From contig NIVC01004681.1 in assembly GCA_002269645.1 (NCBI GenBank), forward strand, positions 1 through 38,268: a stretch of 38,268 nucleotides of DNA, read 5' to 3'. Made by a program: the position numbers and the translations under genes. Positions 31,910 to 38,268 of the stretch are shown in pieces. The stretch comes from Macrostomum lignano (taxonomy: Eukaryota). The notes below the pieces were generated by a model that saw nothing but the letters and a program-made list of their open reading frames with translations, did not search any database and had not been told where the DNA came from. The first letter of the stretch is position 1; each line of letters begins with the position of its first letter.

Positions 31910-33042
31910 CGACGTAAAGGAAATGTAGGCGAATGCAGTGAAAAATGCTAAATTTCTTAGGAGCTCAGTTTCTACGAAATGTCGCAGAACAGTATGCGAA
32001 TAAGCAAAAAAGTAGTTTGTAACGAGAAGAAATGACTGTTCCGCTTTTGTAGACAAATCGATCTGCTTTCGGGTCTACTTAACTTTTTACTACTTTTGTC
32101 ATCTTTTTGCGGCGTAATAATAATTAAGAGATTCAATTAAGAGAAAAAATTCAATAAAGACAACATTAAAACAATATTCTTTAAAAATCGTCAAGAAGCA
32201 AGTCGAAAAAATTGATTGATATTCTCGTATTTCTACCCTCAACTTACGTCAAGCCCCTAAAATTACTTTAATATTTTACTATTCTACGCAGTTTTACTAC
32301 TTATTATACCACATTTTGTTCCGAGTGTTTTCGTACTGTACTAACAGTACTAACTTACTGTCCCACAACGACCATGGAATGTCTAATCAACTTGTGCATA
32401 CAAGTATGACGAGTGGTGTACTGGTAAAATGAAGATTTATTAAATAGGAGAAGGAACGCAATTCAACCTTAATAAAATTTCTTTGTCCCGTAAAATGCTG
32501 ATCGTGGATAACACACTTGTCTCCTGGCTTGGCCTGGCCTTGAAAGCAGGATCCTCAATGAAAGCCACAGTCAGTGCAGTAAGCAGGTTATCTGCTGTAC
32601 AAGCGATATACACATAAGCGCGAAAGCGTCGCCAATCAGTGTCCGGCACGTCATTGGCCCAACCAGAATTTCGCAGCATGGCGAAGTTCAAAGACTCGCG
32701 GGCATTCTTTTCTGAGAAAGGCCCCTAGAAGCCTGGAAAGTTGATGAGCGATACGATTGAAATAATGTCCAATAATGATTAACACGCTTCTATAGTCACA
32801 GCATTCGCTCGTCACCAACTAAGCCGACAAATTTAAAGATAAATTCTTTAAAAGCCCATTCATACCGCCATCATGAAATGAGGCCAAGTTTCGTCTCCTC
32901 ACACCTTTTGTGCATCAAATTTCATCCCTTGTTAACAATAGTCCTCCGAGTATATGCTGGCTGTTGTGTCTGCTCGAGTCGTTGCAGCTCAAGCAAGTCA
33001 TCGAAATCTGGAATTCCCAACTCAGCTCTACGTAAGCGCGAT

Positions 33043-34930
33043 CAGGGTGGCCGCGGTCAGGGAAAGTCAGGGAAATTCTTAGGAAGTCAGGGAAAATTTG
33101 AAAGTCAATTAGAAAATTGAGAAAAAATTGTGAGACAAGAAAGAGGCTAATCGATAGCACTAAGTAGCTAGAATAGTAAATCATTTTTGTTTGTTCCATG
33201 TATTGTTATTTTAAAAGCTTATTTGAAATAGGCAGATACTTGTTCTTAAATGAATTATTTATTGGCTTGTACATATTGCTAATCTATAATTGCTGTGCTA
33301 ATCACACTGACAGTAAAATATATAGTCCATACTATGATAATATGGTATTAACCAGGCCATTAATAGAAAGGTCCGTCTATATTTTGTTTTAATCACTATT
33401 TATTGCTATTCTTTTGTATAAATTTATATTGCGTTTAGGTTTTTAGTAGACTTATATACGAGCTAAATAAGTTGTTGCAAATACAAAATAGCTTGCTAAT
33501 GTTACAAAGATTATTTTAATTTTATGTACACCTTACTACTAACTCCTTCCAGTTCCAGCCTTATGAGTTCCACTTCAAAAAAACAACTTACTATGACAAG
33601 AAGTGGGAAGAGGAATTCCCCTGGGTGACTTCCTACTCGAGCAATCGAAATGCAGCTTACTGCAAAAGCTGCGAAAAGAAAGTCGAACTTTCCAATATGG
33701 GAAAGACGGCCTTAACTTCCCATGCTAAAAGAAAAACTCATCTAAATCATCTAGTCGCAACAACACCAAGTATTCGAGCATTCCTTATGCCCTCGGGCAG
33801 CACTACTAATGGCGGTACTGTTGCTGCAGTTGCTGCTACAAATGACGAAGTACTAAAAGGCTTAAAAACAGTGCTGAGCAAGCTAAGCTACTATGGGTTT
33901 TTTTACATGGTAGACTAGCACTTTTTATTTCGCTCAGCAGCTGGAATTACTGATCGATTCAAAGCCATGTTTACTGACAGTGCCATTGTAAATGAAATGT
34001 CCCTTGGCTACGACAAAATCCGATACATAATCAACTTCGGATTGGCACCACTTCTAAAGGAGCAGTTAACAACTATTTTGAATAACCAACGGTTCTTTTC
34101 TGTTAACTTTGACGAGAGTTTAAACAAAATCATGCAGCAATCGAAAAAATGGACATTCATGTTCGTGTCTGGACTGAGGAGAAAGACTCAACTGAGCCTC
34201 CGGTAAAGACATTTTACTTCGATTCTCAATTTCTTCTTTCATGCACTGCAGCAAATCTCTTGGAGTCTTTCCTAGCATCTTTCAATGGCATCTCTGTCAG
34301 CAAGATATTACAAGTGGGCATGGATGGACCTAATGTCAACTGGGCCTTTCACAAGCTACTGGATGCCTATGTTGCTAGTAGTAGTGCTACGGATGCAAAG
34401 ATCATTCACTGCTGATCCTGCTCTCTACATCGAGTCCACAGAGCATTTAACCAGGGTGTCTTAGTCAGTGGTTGGGACATTAAAGCTATTTTGAGCTCCT
34501 TTTACTACCTGTTCAAAAATGCGCCTGCACGTCGCAGACTTCATTGAGGCCACAGGTACACGTGTGTTCCCTCTAAAGTTCTGTTGCCTGTCGTTGGCTA
34601 GAAAATGTCACTGTTGCTAAGCGTGCACTTGCCATTTGGCCCGACTTATGTACCTATGTACAAACTGCTTCACAGAATAAGGCAATGAAAGCACAAGTCA
34701 GTGTCAACCGCCACATTGAGCTCCTGCAGTCTTGCACGAAAAGGCCATTGCAAGCGGCGAGGTTTGCATTTTTTATTTATTGCCAAGCCGAATGCGAAGG
34801 GCTTCAGCGGAAGGAACCTGGTTGAGGGGTTCCTGGGCAGCAATTGCATTTGCGACCCTGAATGCATTAGAAAACAGTGTCTTTCTGACTAACTCATTGC
34901 TATTCCCCGGTGAACCGCAGGATGGCTTTC
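33043..34930 (+). mobile_element. Truncated hAT DNA transposon: left terminus plus degenerate transposase (from 33563)
   Basis: CAGGGTGGCC terminus with GTCAGGGAAA subterminal repeats. BED-like CKSC...H...H finger. FDES, MDGPNVN, CSLH, FPLKFC and RWLEN motifs. Multiple frameshifts and stops. Right end not found. Confidence 0.88.
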
Positions 34931-35619
34931 TAGCGGTGCAGTGGTAGCCCGCAGCTCCCATGACATCATGGTGTCGTCTTTATCTTCCACAATGAATGTA
35001 GCTGGGCTATCTAGCCCAATGATCTATGATCCGGTTGGGAATCTATGTTCCGGTGTGTGTAATTTACGGCCCGGTCCGGCCCACTACTGTTGTACTATTC
35101 GAATTTTCCAGCCTTGTAAAACTATTTCCATTGTTGATGTAACGAGCCCGGTATATTTAATATTACTAGCGAAGAGAGAGTATTAGCAACGTATATGGTT
35201 CAGCAGATACGTATGTCAGTCCTGGACGATTTACTATACTCGGAGCATAAGAAATCTTACTGTCTTAGTATGAATGCGTACACTGGTGATCGGCTCTGAT
35301 TATAATTATTGTATCTCACGTACATGCTAGGTTGATCTACGTCCCAGGCTGCCACACGCTTACAGAAAAAGACTAGAACTTACATGTTAAAATTATGAGT
35401 CGCATTTCTTGGAAACGGAAACCAAATTAACAAAATACGTAATATTAAAACCCTAGAATAATTACGCACGTAATCTAAACAGCTAAGGATTTGAATAAAG
35501 TTAAAATACACCATGTTAATAAACTAGATTTGAATTACAGAATTTCCAAACCGTTACACTTTGTAATACTATTATTATTATTGCTCTTGCTCAGACATTT
35601 TTGCATCAAGGTTCTATAG

Positions 35620-35825
35620 TAACTTTACTGTCAATTTCCTTCACATGTACCTTCATATCTGGAACCATATCAAACTCCTTCTCACATATGTAACATTGTT
35701 TAGCCTTACAGAAAGAAGCCTTCCTGTTCGCTGTCAAATTACGATTAATATGTTTAGGCTCCTTCAGACCACTCTCAATTTGTTGATAAAGTTCAACCAT
35801 TCTATCAACATATATTTTCCTTGCC
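35620..35825 (-). pseudogene. Fragment resembling the Polinton/Maverick DNA-polymerase-associated region just upstream of the endonuclease VII-like motif
   Basis: RKIYVDRMVELYQQIESGLKEPKHI...ASFCKAKQCYICEKEF...KV fits the pattern PKxMxxTxxxxxxFxxAxxCxICxxxF...KV(RDH). The HNH-like part is missing. Confidence 0.5.
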
Positions 35826-36197
35826 GGCCGAGGCGGAGGAAGCGGAGGTGGCGGCCGAGGCGGAGGTGGCGGCCGAGGCGGAAGCGGGACGGGGTCAGTT
35901 CAAAGTAAGTCTGTATTAATATATATGTGTACTAGTATTATACATGTACGTATGCATATAAATGGCAAAAATATTTACAAAAAAAATTCTGTATTGTAGA
36001 GGTGTTACGTCTGCAACAAGTTGGGCCATCTGGCCAAGAATTGTTGGCACAGAAAAAAAGACAAAGCAACCACCGACTCCAAACCCAACAGGAACAGGAG
36101 CAAAAGCAACAGGAGTCGCCGCAACAGCAGCACGAGAAGCAAGACTAACAGTCTAAGTTGCATTTTTTGCATTTTTTTCATTTTTGCATTATATTAG
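35821..36197 (+). pseudogene. Two-exon fragment: Ala/Glu-rich exon (to 35904) spliced to a CCHC zinc-knuckle exon (from 36000) with an Arg/Ser/Asn-rich tail
   Basis: AAA|GTAAGT...TGTAG|AGG, a 95-nt phase 0 intron, giving GRGQFK-RCYVCNKLGHLAKNCW (CX2CX4HX4C). 5' end missing. Confidence 0.65.
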
Positions 36198-36621
36198 TGC
36201 CTTGATTCCTTTTTTTCTTGACTAGAACTTAAAATTGTATGTTGTAGGGAACACGAACAAAGTTGCAGCAGTGTAAAAGTGCGACCATCAGATTTTACAT
36301 CAATATAGTTTTGTCTTGGATGAATCGGGAAATCAGTTCTTTAATTTAGTTCATTAATAGTCAGACAATTGTTAAAAATTATCAATATAGAGGCATCCTT
36401 TCATTGGAAAAAAAGCATCAAAGATAAGTGCGACCATCATGTCACGACCATCATTTAAGCGTAGCCAGCATCCCCAAGGTATCAAAAAATTAGTTTTTTT
36501 AACAAAAGAATTGTGTTATGTAATTACAGATTTGCTATCAATGTTTTTGAGCTAGGCCTAGGTATCATTTCTCATTCTAGAACTGATCATTTCAGCCACT
36601 GATTCTAGCTGATCAGCCATA

Positions 36622-38268
36622 ATGAAAACAGCAGCAGAGAACTCAATGCATTATCGAAAAAGGCTCGGCGATGTTCTCAAAGAAAAGGAGAAAATTCGTA
36701 GCAGGGAGCGACGAGCTCAACTTCGAGATGCACTGACGATCACGAAACAACGAGAACAGGCTCGACTTCGTGCTGCAAAAAGCCGCGAGTTAAAGCAACA
36801 GTTGGCCAATGGGCTCGCTGTTGTTGCTAATGATGAACAGTCCGAACAGGTCTATGGCTCTAGGCAGGCTGAGTCACGTGCTGTGAACAGGTGCAGTAAC
36901 TTTTTCAAATTATTAATTTGCTAATTATCTCATTGACCTTGAAACTTTTAAAAGCTAATTAATTCATCTGACATGTACACAGAGCTCATCTGGCACTGCC
37001 AAGCACTCCGAGTCGGCAAGCTATAGTTGTCCGTAAACTGGCCAGCATGGTAGGCCTGCAGCTGCAGCCAGACATCAAAGCTCAATGTAGTCGCTATTCT
37101 CGACTGGCAGATGGCGTTCGTGACCAAGTTGCTAGCTACTTCCTGCGTGAAGATGTGTCGTGATGGGCCCCAGGCCGAAAGGAGTACGTTAAGGTCGGTG
37201 GTCAGCAGGTCCAAAAACGGTATTTGACAGCGAGCCTCAGGGAACATCACGAACTGTTTTCTTCTGAGACTGCAGGCAGCAGAATATCGTTTTCGAAGTT
37301 CTGCACGCTTCGTCCAAAACACATTCTCCCTGTTGGTTCAACGCCACTGCATGCCTGGTGCTGCACTCAACATGAGAATTTTCATAGGTAAGAATTAATC
37401 CGTTTTTTTAAGTATATTTCTCTGTGAATTCTGTTATAAAGTACATGATATGTACATAATTTACATGAATTCATCAATTATCAATACCAAAAGAAGCTTA
37501 TCATCAATTAACTACCCATTATAGCGCCTGCAATACCTATAGCTCAAAATGGCTGCAGGAGTTCGTTCTTTGTAACGTGACATCACCAGATTGCCTTCAA
37601 GGCACATGTGTACTCTGTAAAGACCTAGCAGCCATGCGAATCCCAGCACCTAATGAGCAGGCTGCTTGGTATGCCAATCACCTACCGATTCTGGCAGAAC
37701 AATGCAATTTCTAATCGAGTTGAGCAAGTGTCACTGACAAAAACTGTTGCCGAAGCCCATCAAGTCCTCTTGGACTTGCTGCCGAAATTTGTTATTCACG
37801 AACGAACTCGCGTGCTGCAGGCAGCATTTTACCGCTCGCAGAAAGACAATTTGGGAGAGCATGAGCTACTACTGCATTTCGACTTTGCAGAAAATTACTC
37901 ATGTGCCCACCAAGACGCAACTCAAAGTGCGTACTGGTCACAGACGCAGGTGACTATTTTTACTATTGGTGTCTATCCTGGACCTACTAGTCCAGACAAC
38001 CATGAGATGTCTGCGATTATTAGCGACACTACGGATCACACCAAGACCAGCATTGTGGTCTTTCTTGAGACTCTCTTAAGGTATGTCATCTTGAATAACT
38101 ATTTTATAGCTAACTAATTTAATATATGGATCATCTTTGTTTACTTACTCATTCAATTCCTAATTTTTTATCTACATTTCTTGATCACAGCGTCTGACAA
38201 AGCCAGTAATGACTGTGCATTTCTGGAGCGACGGTCCATCGTCTCAATTTAAGAGTCGATTCATGCAG
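36622..38268 (+). mobile_element. Intron-containing DDD-type transposase pseudogene, Sola-like (subgroup uncertain); continues beyond the window
   Basis: Motifs FLREDVS*WAPGRK, QKRYL, SFSKFCTLRPKH, CxxHEN, DFAENY, QSAYW, SDxxxH and HFWSDGPSSQFK. Introns at ~36891-36980, ~37389-37524 and ~38080-38191. In-frame TGA and frameshifts. Confidence 0.75.

Noticed and set aside
32440-32760. Minus-strand 83-aa ORF as a gene exon
   Set aside because: No recognisable motif or supported splice structure.
1-38268. rRNA, tRNA or an autonomous Helitron RepHel gene
   Set aside because: No recognisable sequence or motifs for any of these.

Overview
This is eukaryotic (probably invertebrate animal) repeat-rich DNA, with short GT-AG introns, TTAGGG-type repeats and no prokaryotic features. 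The left half (~0.9-18 kb) is a nested mobile-element block. It has Helitron-type termini (hairpin+CTAG|T at 4024, 12711 and 16608, and a TC 5' end at 4025), minisatellites and four telomere-like arrays. It carries three small spliced genes that the ORF track misses or only partly captures: an HDAC-corepressor-type SANT protein; a SETD8/PR-Set7-like methyltransferase with Phe at the Tyr/Phe switch position (one homopolymer frameshift); and a kinase-less CHK2-type FHA protein. Imperfect inverted repeats at ~870-1005 and ~17840-17990 bracket the whole block. The right half is mostly decayed transposons: Jockey/I-group LINEs, hAT ends and a hAT transposase, a Polinton-like fragment, a zinc-knuckle exon pair and an intron-containing Sola-like transposase running off the window end. 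The best candidate for a new system is a non-autonomous mobile cassette carrying stand-alone chromatin and DNA-damage-response modules with telomere-like arrays. All homology calls come from motif recognition by eye, not database searches.
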